A DNA stretch of 55,565 bases, counting the filler, from Porpidia crustulata (Eukaryota), in assembly GCA_964255105.1 (NCBI GenBank). It is 3 parts of 3 records of this genome, joined end to end, with 100 filler letters (N's around TTAATTAATTAA, not from the genome) between each part and the next. Parts side by side here need not be neighbours in the genome. Positions count along the whole stretch, not along the records: positions 1 to 18,488 come from CAXUWE010000178.1; 2 more parts are not named here. One strand, 5' to 3'. The position numbers and the translations under genes were made by a program. Below are positions 1-13,639 of the stretch, piece by piece; position 1 is the first letter of the stretch; each line of letters starts with the position of its first letter. Below the pieces are notes generated by a model. That model saw only the letters and a list, made by a program, of their open reading frames with translations, was not told the DNA's origin and searched no databases.

Positions 1-113
1 GATATCTTCCGAGGTACATTGTCTCCTTGACATTCTGCTCACAAATATCAAAGGCCAGAATAATAATAATACATCGAACCATTCATCAGATCAATCAGAT
101 CATACCATCATAC

Positions 114-1700
114 CTATCTCGCAGAACCATTCACGCTCGCCCCAGAACTCCCACCTTGCCAATCCGCAAAGTCCTTCTGAATCTTCGTTAATTCCTTTTT
201 CAAGTGCGAAAGCTGTTGGTGGTAATCTTCCAGAATCTGCGTTGGAGTCAGCTATCGGATCCCTCTGAACCCACCAAGAATATCATTTACGCACCTTGCT
301 CGCCCTCTGCAGAACCTCCTCGTCAATCTCCCTCGAGGCCCCTTCCGCCAGATTCTGCCCCGCCCTCTCGTACGCCCTCTGCAATTGCCTCCCTTGCTCT
401 CTCACACTCACCATCCTCGCCCAAATTTCTTCGCCTCGCCCGCTCAGCGCGGGATCAAAGACATTTCTCTCCAAATTGACGAGTTGCCTTCTTAGTTCTT
501 CTTCCGCGCTTTCCATGGCGTACCCCCGATTTTTGAGGACCTGCACCTTAGCCGCTAGCCCTAAACACTGGTGGCTAAGTTTGAGATGTTTCCGTCTACA
601 AGTAGCAGCTCGCGTCGAGATATCCACGTCATGCTTTCGAAGAAGCATCTCCAAGCCATCATTGATTTCATGCAATCGCCCTTGTAGTAGCATCAGATAT
701 CGATGCTGATCTCTCATTCGTAATCCTAATTGTTCAAAGCCTCTGACCATAACTGGGACGGCCCCGGGACTTGGTTTCTTGCGTAGCGCTTCCTCCCACT
801 GCGCTTCGTCGTCTTCGACGCTTGGACTGAAGAACGGGGCCTGTTCGGGAGGTACGGAATTATAGAGGTATGTCCGAAAAACGGTGTTAGCTGATTGAGG
901 GTTCCACTTAGAGAAGGCGACTTCGATTTGATCTGTTACAGTCCGAGGGCCTTGAAAGAACAATCAGCATACTATAAGAAGTGTGAGTCGGACTGAAACA
1001 TACGTGGCCATACGTCTGGATTTTGGAACATCCTCGATTGTAGCATCGAGCCTTGTTGCTGGCCTGGGGGCTGCTGTTGCACATTTCGGTTCGATGCTCC
1101 AAATATGCTGCCACCTTGCGGTTGTTGAGGCTGCTGCTGGTTCGTACTGCCTCCGAGGATATTACTGGTTCCCTGCGATGGCTGTTGAGGCTGCTGCTGG
1201 TTCGTGCTGCCTCCGAAGATGTTACTGGTTCCCTGCGATGGCTGTTGCTGACTTCCGCCGAATATACTACTTGATCCTCCAAAAGCGTTGCTTGCATTTG
1301 CTTGCGGCTGCTGAGTTGAGGTGCTACCCAGCAAAGTGGTTCCCCCAAATAAACTGCTATTACTCGTCGGCTGCTGCTGAGACCCACCACCACCACCAAA
1401 GATATTGCTCGTCCCCTGCTGCTGCTGTGGTTGGCTGATGCGATCGAACAAGTTACCCGAACTCTGCTGAGGTTGCTGCTGTACAGTGCTCCCAAACATA
1501 CCACTTGCGGCCGGTTGCGCTTGCACCGTAGCATTTTGCCCGAAGAGACTGCTACTTGCTTGCGGCTGCGAGCTCCCGGTGTTGGTGTTCAAGCTGAGGC
1601 CAAAGGGGCTCGGTTTGTTTTGGTTTGCGCTGGCTTGAAAAGGATTCGTATTCGAGAATGGGCTGGCGCCCGCGGCTTGCGGCTTGCTAAAGATTGACAT
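114..1700 (-). CDS. NUP57: FG-repeat nucleoporin Nup57/Nup54 family
   Basis: N-terminal Q/S/G-rich FG region (SLFG, NIFGG, SIFG) followed by the Nup54-type domain KWNPQSANTVFRTYLYN...WEEAL...GFEQL...EEIWARM. Spliced with introns 951-1003 (GTATGT..AAG) and 237-294 (GTGCGT..CAG); ATG at 1700, TAG at 114-116. Confidence 0.9.
1123..1247 (-). repeat. 60-bp tandem duplication within the FG region of Nup57 (QQPSQGTSNI[F/L]GGSTNQQQP)
   Basis: Sequence at 1141-1187 and 1201-1247 aligns with an exact 60-nt period and few substitutions. Confidence 0.85.
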
Positions 1701-2023
1701 ATTGAGGGAATTGCAAGTGGAGCGATGGGACTTGCTATCGGAAGGAGTAAGGATGAGCAGGGCACGAAGCACTTAAGAACTACTTTGTATTGAAGCTGCT
1801 GGAAATGACATCCTAAGCTGCACCTTTCCGACTTTCAAGGATAAGCAGACAATCAGCAGCAGCTTCTGGGATGATGTTGCGCGTAGAATCCAGTGAACAT
1901 CAAAATTCCCAAGCGCGTCCCAAGCTCCGCAACCAATCACAACCGCCCAAGCTCCCTCACTAGTGTCACTACCACCGAACCTCCACTCCCACTCAACCCC
2001 ACCACTCCATCACAACACCAACA

Positions 2024-2763
2024 ATGGCAGCCCGTCAACCAAGGTGACCCTCCCTCTCCTCTCTTAAGTACCATCCTAAATTCTCTGCTGACCTGTCCGC
2101 CAGATTCAACCAGAAAGTCCTCCTCGACACGACCCCCCTGCCAGACTCCGTTCCCAAAATCCCCGAAATCGGTACCAGTTCCGCGCCCCTGCTCAGTGCC
2201 TCCTTCTTCATCGGCGCGAGATGCAAGGCGTTCAACGACGATTACATGGTGTGCAAGACGGAGGCGAACGGGAGGGGGGAGGTGGAGTGCATGAGAGAGG
2301 GGAGGAAGGTTACGAGGTGTGCGGCTAGTGTGTGAGTACAGATTTCCCATTGGCGAATAGGTGGTATGATGTATGAGAGATTTACGGAATGATACCCGTG
2401 AGGTGCGAGGGGATGGGCCTTATGGTAGGAGGTCGGGAAGGGTGGCAAGTGGAGGGCGGAGCTGATGCGTAATGGATGAATAGGTTGGACGATATAAACA
2501 AGGAATGCCTAAAAGAATTCCGGAAGCATTGGGAGTGCCTGGAACAAAATAATCAACAACTATGGCACTGCAGGAGGCCTGAGATGAAGCTCAATGGATG
2601 TGTGTTTGACAAGCTGGTGAGTCCACACCTTCCGGATCCATGGCCGCAGGTTTCCAATTGAAGTCACTCGTCGCAGAAAATGGAGAAAACGATACCCGGG
2701 ACTCCGGAGAACGAGACCCCAGTTCACCTCCGAAAACGACAAATTTATTCTCAGAACTGGTAG
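2024..2763 (+). CDS. NDUFA8: NADH:ubiquinone oxidoreductase 20.8 kDa subunit (NDUFA8 family, twin CX9C)
   Basis: Spliced product MAARQPRFNQKVLLDTTPLPDSVPKIPEIGTSSAPLLSASFFIGARCKAFNDDYMVCK...CMREGRKVTRCAASVLDDINKECLKEFRKHWECLEQNNQQLWHCRRPEMKLNGCVFDKL...PVHLRKRQIYSQNW*; three introns; paired CX9C motifs. Confidence 0.92.
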
Positions 2764-3294
2764 AGGGTTGGCTGAAAAGTGGTGCGGGCGTTTTATAATG
2801 GTGTACATACAATTTCTTCAAAGCGACAGCATAGGAACTGAAAAGAAGGACATATTATTAGGCGAAGCAATCAAAGTACATTGCTGGCTACGGTTCACTT
2901 CTGCGGCCATATGAATGTTGGATCGCTGTCTAGATCCATAATGCTTTCACTTGCCCATCGCAGTAGGCCAAGATAGTAATGGCCCTAGTGACATTGTGTG
3001 GAACAAATTTAGACCCGTGTGCGTCAAATTTTACTTCTGTTTAAAAAGTAGTGAATCCAATTGCCATTTCCTAATGATCTCTGCGCTTCCGGTCAAACTT
3101 TGCTAGATCTATCAACGGCGCACTCCGAGAGGAGGGGTATCAAAACGTTCAGTGAAACCATCATCATCAGGTAGGAACGTAGCTAATACAATTGCGCCGA
3201 GACTAGAGATTGTGTTGGACAGATTGAGGATGACAAAGATATCGTGAGCAAGAGCAATTCCAAATCGATATGATCCATAAAGGAACTTAATTAG

Positions 3295-6200
3295 TTAAGC
3301 GATATAGGCTTTCAGCTCACGTGCCTGCCTTGCCAGGGGTGGTATCTTGCGGAGTACAGGATCTTGGGGATCCGCTTCGGCGATGAGCATATACTGGCTC
3401 TCCAATCGTTGACTTAGCACGTCCAGGATCCTGGGCGCAACATCTTGGATTTCGGGGTCCTAAGCAATGTTAGGAATTTGAAGGAACAATAGGAGAAGAG
3501 TAGCTAACCCTTGGATTCAATGTCATGAAAACATGCTCGAGCCAAGTCAAGCGCTCCGTCACATGATTCTCTAATGACGAGGTGACGGCAGCACCTACAG
3601 AGATGCCCACAAGGGGAGAGAGTTGCCGGACAAAGGATGGATCGCAATGGGCGAGATAGTCATCAAATATCTTGACTTGCCGTTCAGATTGGAGCCACTA
3701 CCTTGGCGTTAGTTGTCTTTTAGCCTTCGTCGCTGGTTTTTGCACTTACTTGAATGGTACAATCCTCGAATCCACCTTGATTCATCAAAGCACTCAGCCT
3801 CTCCACCTCTTCCTGCTCAGGGGATCTCTTGACTGCGTGAACCTTTGCCAAAGTATGTGAGGCGTCCTGATCTTCTCCTGAGCGACTACGGCTGGCGCTG
3901 ACTTGATGGTCTTGAGCTGCGTGTTGTAGCTTCAGGATCTCTTGCTGAAATTCAGACTGTGCAGCAGCCATTGTATGGACGGTTTCGGAGAGTCCACGGA
4001 CAAGATCCGTCAATTTGTCGATTTTGGCACTATCGTCGCGATGCTGCACCTCTGCTTTTTGCAACTGTTCACGAACCCGACGTTCTATGTCGCCACTAAC
4101 CTTTGCAGCTACGTCAACCGCAAGCGCCTTGAAGGCTGGTGAGATATGAGAGTGCAGCGTGGAAGAGAACTCCCTTTCCACATGGCCTGTAATCTTGCCA
4201 GTAATCTGGTCCGAAATGACGCGCAAGACTTCACGATTTTGAACACCACGGCCAATCGCTTCTGGTAAAGCAAGCTTCAAGAGCGGGGGAATCGCATGAT
4301 GGAGCTGCTGTGTTAGAACTTCTGTGATTCTCTTGTCGAGTGTGGATGCGGTAATTTGTGTAATGGACGGGAGAACAACCTGCTCAAGTTTGGCTTGGAT
4401 AATACGATCGAGGACTCTTTCCACATTATCTCCAAGAGTGCTTGAAACAAGGCGGAGGATCGCGTCTTGCTTTGCTGCGCCTGAAGCATCCTGTATCCTC
4501 TTGTCTTCGTCGATTCGGCGGTACAGAGCCTCGAGCTCTTTACCAAGGACTTTATTGAACTCGGCTGACACACCCTTCTCTATCTTTTTGAGCTCTTTGT
4601 CCAAGAAATCGCCGGAGACTCCAAGGTTGATTGAGTCTCCATTTGTAATTGAACGGGAAGAAGATGGTTTGCTCTCGCTTTTTACTTTTGGCTCATGGTG
4701 AGCCACCTCTGATGATGTGGTCGGAGCTCTCTGGGCTACGTTGGCATAGGTACCCGGGTTCGGGACTACTGGATGGACAGCCGCAGCGTCTGTCGGAGCG
4801 CGAAAAGGGGTATCTGCCACAGTTGTGCGTTTCTTCTTTTTCTTCTCAAATTTATCTGTGCTACTAGTGTCATTTGCAGTACGCTCTGGCCTTGTCAGCG
4901 CTACTTCCCCGGCTGGTAAGTTATGGGCTTTATCGGACGAGGCTGGAGCATTGCCAGTTGGCTCTTTAGGGAGGACAGTAGTAGCTGGTGCTGCAGATGT
5001 AGCGGTAGAAGATAGAATCTCCCCGTAAGCAGATGACGGCTCCCTTGAAGACGCGACGCGAGACTGAGGCAATTCTTTGACGGTGATGTAACCGTCTTTC
5101 TCGGAATCTATTGGGTGAAGGACCCTGCTGTCAGATGACCAGCCCAGATCTTCTTTTTTGATGCCCAAGCAGGTAACACCTTTAGAGTGCATGACATATA
5201 ATTCGAATTGATTGGGGTCCTCATCATCTTCCGTTGGCCTCGTCTGTTCGCCATTCGGGGGTACCAATTCGATGCTACGAAGCTCACCCTTATTCGTGAA
5301 CGAGTACTCTCTCATTCCAGACATAATCGCAGTGGCTTCTGGCTTTGGAAGAGTCGTATCGTTATTGCTCCGGCGTTGCACGAACTTAGCTTGCGACATA
5401 GGCGGCAGATTATACTTAGGCGCTGACAAGTGGACGAAGTAGATGGAGTTACGGGTTGGGTGACCGACAACGACAATGCCAGAGCTCGGATGATACGTAA
5501 TACTGCAGATAGCATCTGATTCCTTCTCATGTGGGAAATTGAGCTCTTGCACAGCCTTCCCTAAACAGAGATCCCACAACTGTAGCGTATGATTCTGCTT
5601 CATACCGACAACAACGTATCGCTGCGCGATGCCTCTTGTATAGGGCTTCACTTTATCCACGAAAAGGACCGAGGTAGGCCAAGCCTTTTCTGATGCAGAT
5701 ATCGTTACGTAGCTCATCAAAGGAGTCTTGATTTCGATAGGCGCGACCGTTGACGCCGAAGCGTTGGCTTCGTGAATCAACTCTCTGACGTCCCAGAACC
5801 GAAGTCGCCCAGCCTTATCCAAAGTCACAATGACGGTGTCGTCCTCGCTGAACGCAAAGTCTTTCCCAGCTTTTCCGGTAGTTATCTTCAGACTACGATC
5901 CTTGAAATAATTCTCGGTATCGATTATCGAGCCCATTTCCACAAACTTGGAAGCACGTGCTTGAGCTGGGAAGATGATCTGGACAGATTTGCCACGTCCG
6001 ATTGCAAAGAACTCGGGATGACGGCTGCTCCTTTTTGCACGAGTTTTTAATTGCCCGCCGGAAGTATTGTCCGACAGGGCTGGAGAAGGTGGGAAGATGA
6101 GGCTTTGACCCTCCATATCACCCTGAAATAAATCCTCTTCAGGTTTCGCGATAGTGACCCAGTATACGGTACCGCTAAGCCCGGTGGCTATAATGGATTG

Positions 6201-7970
6201 AGTACCACGTATTGGACTCGCTAGATGGGCTGTAGATATTGATACGTTGAAGATCCGATCCTTTGTGTCAGCAAATAGGTGTTTCGACAAGCCATCATCT
6301 TGCCGTATGACTCGAAGGCCTCCAACTTTTGGGGACCCGTAGACAATGAATTCGTTGGTGGCCGTCGCCAGGGTACGGTCCGTTTGATCAAACTCCTTCT
6401 TCAGGCGTGCTATGTTGATTACAGAGTCGTCCCGAACGGTTTGTTGAGAGAGCTCCTTCGATGATATCTCAATCGACACAAATGGTCGCATTGGAAATTG
6501 ATAGACGGGAATCACGCGACGGTGCTGATTTGCACGGGTGTCTTCGACTTCAGCACTCTCCCATCCATCAGCTTTGGACCCTTGCGCAGCATCATCAATG
6601 ATGTCTTTGACGGCCTCTGCCACAGGTACCGGGAAAGTTTCTTCCAGGAGCCCGTCATTTTCCTCTTTATCGAGTTCCTTCTTGACTTCCACGGCTGCAC
6701 AGTGGATCTTCTCCTCAATGACATCTAAGGTTTCTTCCTTTGCACGCTCCAACTCCTCCTTCTTAAGGTCCGCTTGCTTTTCCTTTTCTTCTGCTTTGGC
6801 AAGCGCATTCTCGACTTCACGGTCAACTTGATCCCCAACTTCACTCAACGCCTCAGCGACTGTACCAGCATTACGACTAGGGGCGCCAATACCCATCAAT
6901 GCTTCGATCTGACTCGGACCATTACCCTGGGCAGCTGGTCCAGAAGATTCGGTACTCTGGCGAATTTTACTGCCAGTCGGAGTGAGCTTTCTCCTGGTAC
7001 TATCCTGCAAAGGGCCTGGCGACGGCTCGTGCACCTTGCGTTTATGGCCCTCTCCATTGATTGATCTTGGCTGCGTGTTGCGAGGCGACGAAGCTGCGAG
7101 CTGCTCAAATGGATTGACGTATGTGAAGATCGAATCCTTCTTTGACTGGGGTTGTACCTCGGCTTTGGGCAGATCCTCCGGAGCGAACGGTGTTGGCTGT
7201 CCCTCGTCACTACTGCCAAATACCCGGATTGGCGAGTCTCCACGGATATCGCTTGGCACGATCGGAGAGCGTGTCCCCAGTGACGTCCCAGCAAGCTTCT
7301 GCGAGATCTGGTCAGCTGTTCGGTCATGTTGCCGAGATGGGGTCGGTGTCGATCCTGTAGCTCCTGCGTGAGTCTCCGGAGAAACTGCTGGCGGCGGATT
7401 CGATTGGTTGAGAAGGTTCAACAGAAAGTTCTGGTGGTTCGACGACGACGAGGGTGCTACGTTCTCGCGCGTTGGAGGTGAAGACATCTTGCCCATCGAA
7501 GACCCAACCAAGTCGGAAGCGGATATTCCACGCCCATGTACACTATGCGTGCTTGAACTGCCATAGCCAGAACGCAGCATGCTTGGAGACTGGTGCTGAG
7601 TGGCGGCTGGCGGAGATGAAACTGGTTGACTGAATTTCAGCAGATTGAGAAGACTAGCAGTTCGGTCGTTGTTGTTGTCGCCAGCTGGTACTGGCGTACC
7701 AGTTTTGCTCCTTGCCATGCTACCGGGCAGGTCTCTTGGCTGGGAAGCATTCATAGGTGAGAAACTTGATGATATTGTAGCTGAAGCTTTTCGCTCAAGA
7801 TGACTTACTTGAGGTGATTCAACACCGCGATTGAAATCGAAAGATTGACGGTTTGCGGCCGGAGCTGGGCTCTGGTCTCCAGTATGGCTGTAGCTCTGCG
7901 TGCTCGAGGATCGTAAACTGGCAAAGAGACCCTGCAGGTTGGATGAGGGGTCTCCTGCCGGGGTAGACAT
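3295..7970 (-). CDS. EDC4/Ge-1/Pdc1-like mRNA decapping scaffold (disordered N-terminus, WD40-like propeller, C-terminal helical region)
   Basis: Long first exon with LLNLLKF short motifs, a beta-propeller-like region (IARLKKEFDQ.DR, TLDKAGRLRFWDV, HTLQLWDL, GHPTRNSIYFVHL) and a coiled-coil/helical C-terminus. Two short terminal exons (WLQSERQ..., DPEIQDVAPRIL...) end at TAA 3295-3297. Confidence 0.75.
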
Positions 7971-9748
7971 TGCCTAAAGCACTGTTTGGGCCAAGTGAAG
8001 GTGAGGATGAAGGAAAGCAATAGGATGAAATAGAAGGATGTGAATGATGAAGGTTAAGTAAATGTCAGTCAACAGATGAAGTTCGAGTGATTACTTTATG
8101 GAGGACTGTATAAATGCTTTTCGCGGTGGTTGGACGGATCGGTGTATTGGTGACGCTAGCAAGCAGCTCCAAAAGTGAATCTACAAGGATCTTCATGCGC
8201 CGCCGCCAAAGCAGGCTTACGAGCACCTCAATCATACCTAACCACCTACCTACCTTGTTTCGATTTACTTAATCATAATAATAGGAAGGCTGGAGGGTAC
8301 CTCGAAAGGGGTTGGGGGAAACATGAAATAAATGACGGAGTTACTTTCTCTATGGAGGATGGAGGGTTACAGGGCCTCTCATCTCAATTTTAGGGGCCAC
8401 CATATGTTCAATTCGTCATTTAGCTAGTTCATTACACCCACCAGTGCTGCAGAACCTCAGTTGACTAATCGACGAATTGCCCAATTGAACAAGTGGATAA
8501 TTATCCAGACGACTAAGTACACGAGTACTTGAACAGGCAGGTGTCACGGTGGATGACTGAAAAGTGTGTTTGTTGGGTGCTCGTCAAGGGAATTTCAGGG
8601 GTGTTTTTAGATGAGTGAAGTAGGTGAGGCTTGGAGAGGCGGACCTGACGGATATTTGAACAATGGGTACGTGCGTCGCTGAAGGTGAACTCGAAACATG
8701 TCGCAAAGGTACGCTGCTAGCTGTTTGAGAAGTAAGTCTGACGGATATCATCGAAGTACCTCCAATGCGTGTTAGTTGGTTGACTACGAAGCGAATTCGC
8801 TGAATGACGATGCATAAATCAGGTAGGGTAGCGAGTAGGGTATTGAGTAGGCAGAGTGTTGAGCGGGCAGGATGCAAGGCAGGTAGGGTGCTTGAGAGAG
8901 CAAGGAGAGCGTCGTGCGCAATTGGTCGACAAACAGAAATGAACAATGAACTAGAATGGGACTGCATCTGCTTTTTCGACGCTCTCGACTTAAGAGCATG
9001 CATTTTAATTCTTGAGGCTCTTCGGGCCGCTTCAGGGTTAAAGTAGCCCGGAGCCCTAGGAGCAGCATTTTTAGACTGGCCAAGGAGCCTGCCGGGCTGA
9101 TCTTCCGTTTACTCGCCGTGCTGGATCGCGATTAAATGCGCGCACTAGCATTGCCAAGAAAGCGGATCAGGTGGCCTGTGATAGTTTGCAGTATCCTTCA
9201 TTGACGGTGCCATCTTCATCATCACCTTCATCATCACCGCCGCACATGCCTTCCTCGGAGCATCGTGAAAAGTAGGTAAGGCACCCTAATTGGTCTTGTT
9301 TTTAAACGAGATTCAATAAGGAAAGACACCAAGGTAAGCCGTCGATTCTCGATACCTCGCGCTTCGCTGACCCTGAAGATATGCAAGAGCAGCGTCATAG
9401 ATGGAAATCACCATCTCTGAGTAATGCCCGGCGCAAAGCAGGAACTGGTGATGAGTTGGTGTGAAGCGAGCTGTGGATTGATCACTAGGCTGCGATGGAT
9501 TGAGTGTGGGGTTGCACCGGTGTCATGTTGTCACAGTCGTCCAGAGCTGGCTGCGAGGTCCTTTCTGAACTGGTCGAACGCAAAGATATTTGACTTCACT
9601 GTTTGTGCTCGCAAAAGACACCGCTGGGTTATCGTAGATGGGAGATCTCGCAACACTCTTGCTGTCTATCGTATTGCCTGCCTCCTGGTATGCCAGTATG
9701 TGTACATGGCGCACAATCTCCTGTCCTAGCTCGACTGGCCTAAGGCCT

Positions 9749-12700
9749 TCATACTAACCATATATTGAATTGCTTCGCGCTCGACGGGTCGATAGACGGG
9801 TATCTGACCTTCAGCGTTTCGAGATCGTTCCAACGCTCTTGTTTCATGTATATGAGCGAGAGCTGTTCCACGATCGCCAACGTTCGTGGACTATCCGCCG
9901 ATAGAATCTTCTCCTTCGCAATGACGTCCAGAACTTTCAAGCATTCCTTTTCTGCCTCCTCCATGCGTCCCATTGCCGTCCGCACGTATATGTACCCTAA
10001 CATAGCAACGGTTGAGTCTGGATGGTCTTTCGGGACAACTTTGAGCAAATCATCAAGTAGGATCTCTGCTTCAACTAATCGCCCAGCACGCACATATGCC
10101 TGCGTTAAGTTTGCTTGATTCATCATGATACCGGGATGCGCCTCACCCAGCGTGCGGCGAAGAATTGGCGCAGCTTTATTGAGGATCTCGATGGCCTCTT
10201 CGGGGCGCTGACGTACAGTGAGCACTTTAGCCAAGTCGTTCATTGACCAGAGGGTGTATGCGTGCTCCTCTCCCAGAATCCTTTTTCTGGCCGTCAGTAC
10301 GTTTGACACGAGCCGCTCGGCAGCGGGAAGGTGATCTTTAGAGACGCAGAAGCTCATACCGAGCTCATTACGCGTCATGAGAGTATCTTGATGGTTGGGG
10401 CCGAAGAGCCGCTTCCGTTTCTGGAGGACTTCTACTAGTAGGGTGCGGCTGGCGCGCTGGTCGCGGAGGTGGTGATATGTGCGGGCCAGGTTGAACATGG
10501 CGGTCAAAGTCAAAGGGTCGTCGGGGCCCAGACGCTTCAGCAGGCCCTTGACGGCACGTTCGCCGACTCGCTTGGACAAGTCAAGTTTCCCAGCAAACCA
10601 GAGGGAATTTGTCAGTTCTGAAAGAGTAACGCAATACGGAACATGTTCTGGTTCCCATGGCGGCCAGATCATCCAGTCAGTTAGTGAGGGGCGCGCATAC
10701 CAGTGGGTCTCGAGAATATTGCGTTGAGCTGAAATACATGGTAGGAGATCGAAGAGATGGAAATTAGACTGCGCAAGACTGTGCTGTGCTTGAATTGTGA
10801 GTGTGTGAAATCTGCCAAGTGCCTTGGTCCTGAATTGGATGACCGCAAGCTGATATGTGCGTGCCTGCTCCCAAAGTCCATTTTCTGCAAACACCCAGGC
10901 AAAACGCTCGATCTCTACGGCCCTTTCAGCAGCATTCGGATCGATCCCGCCGTAAAATTCTTTTAGCTCTCGCAGGCAAGCCACGATGTGAGGTAGCAAT
11001 GATCTCCGAAATCTCCGGCCCGATGCTTCCATAAGTGGAGATATGCAACGTGTAAGTACAGCAATGGCAGCATTGAGCCAGCGTTTCTGGTCTGAGTCAG
11101 AGAGTCTGTCCTTCGCCCATCGCTGAACTACCGGATGTAGCGACACAACGCCCTTCTTTGGGTCGTGGTCAATGATAGAGTAGTTATAGAGGATACTGAG
11201 TGATGTTCGCAGCCGAAATTGCGAGCCTTCATTCCACTCTGGTGGGGATTCGTGGGATCGTATCCGAGTTTCATCGCTGTCCCAAGGTCTTTTGAAGACA
11301 GCCTCTGGTATAGAGTCGAAGTGCATGAACGCGGATATATGGATCAAGTCCACAGCGTCTCTATACTCCAAAGATTTGCGACTTGCAATTCTTCGGAACG
11401 GGATCTCCCATGTTGTAATTATGTTAGCTTTATAAGCGGAGTTAATGCTTCTTGATGTGATCATTTCTTTCCTGTGCCCTGTGTAGTACCTTAAGTACAT
11501 TTCCAACGTATATATCTTCCGACGAATGCTTATGCCGGCATTGGCTAGTGCAAGTGCTAAGTAGCCAAGTTCAGACGCAATTTTTTGTGCAATCTGTCGA
11601 CTGTCTGACTTTGGAGAAGGCGATTCATCCTGGGAAAATGCGGTTTTAAGCAGGAGAGTGACGGCATCCTCCGGCTCCATACCGCCAAAGCGGAGACGGC
11701 CAGCCGTGGCATGAATGTTAACATCTGGATTGCGAGTCGTGATCAGGATGTGGCCGCTGTTTCCAACAGGAAAGTATTTCGAGACATCCATTTCAGGATC
11801 GTCAGCATTATCGATTATGAGCAACCATGGCTTCGTACATTGGGAGAGCCAATGCATACCACCTATGAAGGTTGCTCCTTTCCCCATTTGCTGGCCGAGT
11901 GAGGCAAAGTTGGTTTCTGCGTTCTCTTCGCTACTTCCATCAATCCAAAACACACCCCAGTACCTTGCTTTGTTGTCTTCTGCATATCTTAAACAGAACT
12001 GGGTCTTACCGGAGCCGCCGAGTCCATATATAACACAAACTTTGTGTCGATTAGCTTCGTCTAGGTGGCTAACTTGACCTAGCTTCTCCCGCACGACCTC
12101 CGCATGAACCCGCCTACCAGTAAAGTAGGTACTGGAGCAACGTGGGACAATGAACCATTCGTTACAATTGGATCTGTTTCCATCGTCGGACATGAGATAT
12201 CGAAGTGGTGGCTTCAACAAATCTTCTGCCTCGACTTGTCGCTCGTGTTGAAGCGCTTCCATATCATTATCCCATCTACACTGTATTAAACCAGGCGCAG
12301 CGGCGATGTATCGTGTCAATGCCTCAAGAATGACTCGATAACCGGGATCGTGAACCCCCGAGAATTTAGTCATCTCGCCATGAGTTGCAAACATACCACA
12401 TCTTTCAGCATCGTCCCATATAGGCGCTGCAGAGTCCCCATCCACAATGTGCGTGCACAAGTCACCCAACTTTGTCTTCCTTTGCTCCCATAGGTTATAA
12501 ATAGCAAAGCGTTTCATTAGCGGTGCAAATTGATCGGTGATCTCTTGCAGCATCTCTGAGCCTTTGAGAAGATTCAACTCGAACTGGCTTGGGCCTAGCC
12601 TGTTAGTGAGCGGACTTTGATGCCGTAAGAGCAAGCTCTCCTTCCGTACGCCATTGTGCGGAGTTCCTAGAAACACGATTCCATGCGTGGAGATGAACAC

Positions 12701-13192
12701 TGAGCGGAGGTGCACTACGGCCTGCGCCCGTCGGGTGGAGGAGAATGCGAGTGCTCGCTTTACAAGCAATCCTCCGAAACCATGGCACACAAAAATGATC
12801 GGCCGATTAAATGCCTCTGCAAGCTGGCGATCTGCGCATAGCTCAGCCACGAGACTATTTGCAAATGGCAATATTCGATCAGCTGAGCCGTCGCCAGGTG
12901 ACGAGAAGGCGTCGCCATTGTAGTGGTAGACGAGCACTCGGACATTGTATTGCTGATGTGGGAACAAGTCCCGGAGCCAAAGGATGCCTGACTTAGTGTC
13001 GGTCCATGCCTCAAGTCCGTTCTCGAAGATACCATGTACAGCAACAATGCTGCGAGTGGGAATAAGTTGTAGCGCCGGGAATGGGACAATATTGGTAAAT
13101 ACTCACTCAACAACAGGGGCGTTTCTGGCGGCATGCGATGAAGAATCATAAGTAGCTGTAGTGGTTGGGGCCGTTAGTTCTAAGATGCCCAT
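9749..13192 (-). CDS. Fungal NLR: SesB/PGAP1-like alpha/beta-hydrolase-fold N-terminus + NB-ARC + TPR repeats
   Basis: Exon 1 MGILELTAP...PVVD, a phase-2 intron, then IVAVHG...WLRDL, FLGTPH. Walker A GLGGSGKT, Walker B WLLIIDNAD, ILITTR, YLALAL, LHPVVQ. Kinesin-light-chain-type TPR repeats (GPDDPLTL..MFNLA, GPNHQDTL..RNELG, GEEHAYTL..MNDLA). Start codon inferred; a further upstream exon cannot be excluded. Confidence 0.9.
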
Positions 13193-13639
13193 TCTCTATC
13201 TATTGCCGCGACCCCGCGCGGGCGGCAGCGCGTGCGATGGGTGGCAGGACAGACATACTATTGCTGAAGTATGGACTCGAGGAAAAGATAAAGTATGATA
13301 AAGCAAATATGGGGATGATGCCAGCTATGCCAGCCTACTGCCTCCCTCATCCAGACCCATTCGTAAGGCAAAGCAACGTTCTGAGACGAGGCTTTCAGGT
13401 TACATGGGACGGCGCATTGCATAAGTACGCGTAGCAAATCAAGCTTCGATCCAGCCCACCACATTTAGGTTTTTGGGACAGAGGAATACATATAATCCTT
13501 ATGCCGCCTGTCTTCCAGTATTTTGTTCCGCTGGTATGAGTGGCATTTTGAGAGCAAGCCGGCTGTCTCGCGTCTGTTCCATGTGATTTTGGATAGCGCG
13601 CTCGGTTTGCAATTGGCTTTCTCTTCCTTTAGCATTAGC

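Noticed and set aside
8584..9729. Several 80-140 aa ORFs and short GTAGGGT / CATCATCACC repeats between the EDC4-like gene and the NLR
   Set aside because: No recognisable domain, no consistent splice model and no amyloid-like motif; treated as intergenic.
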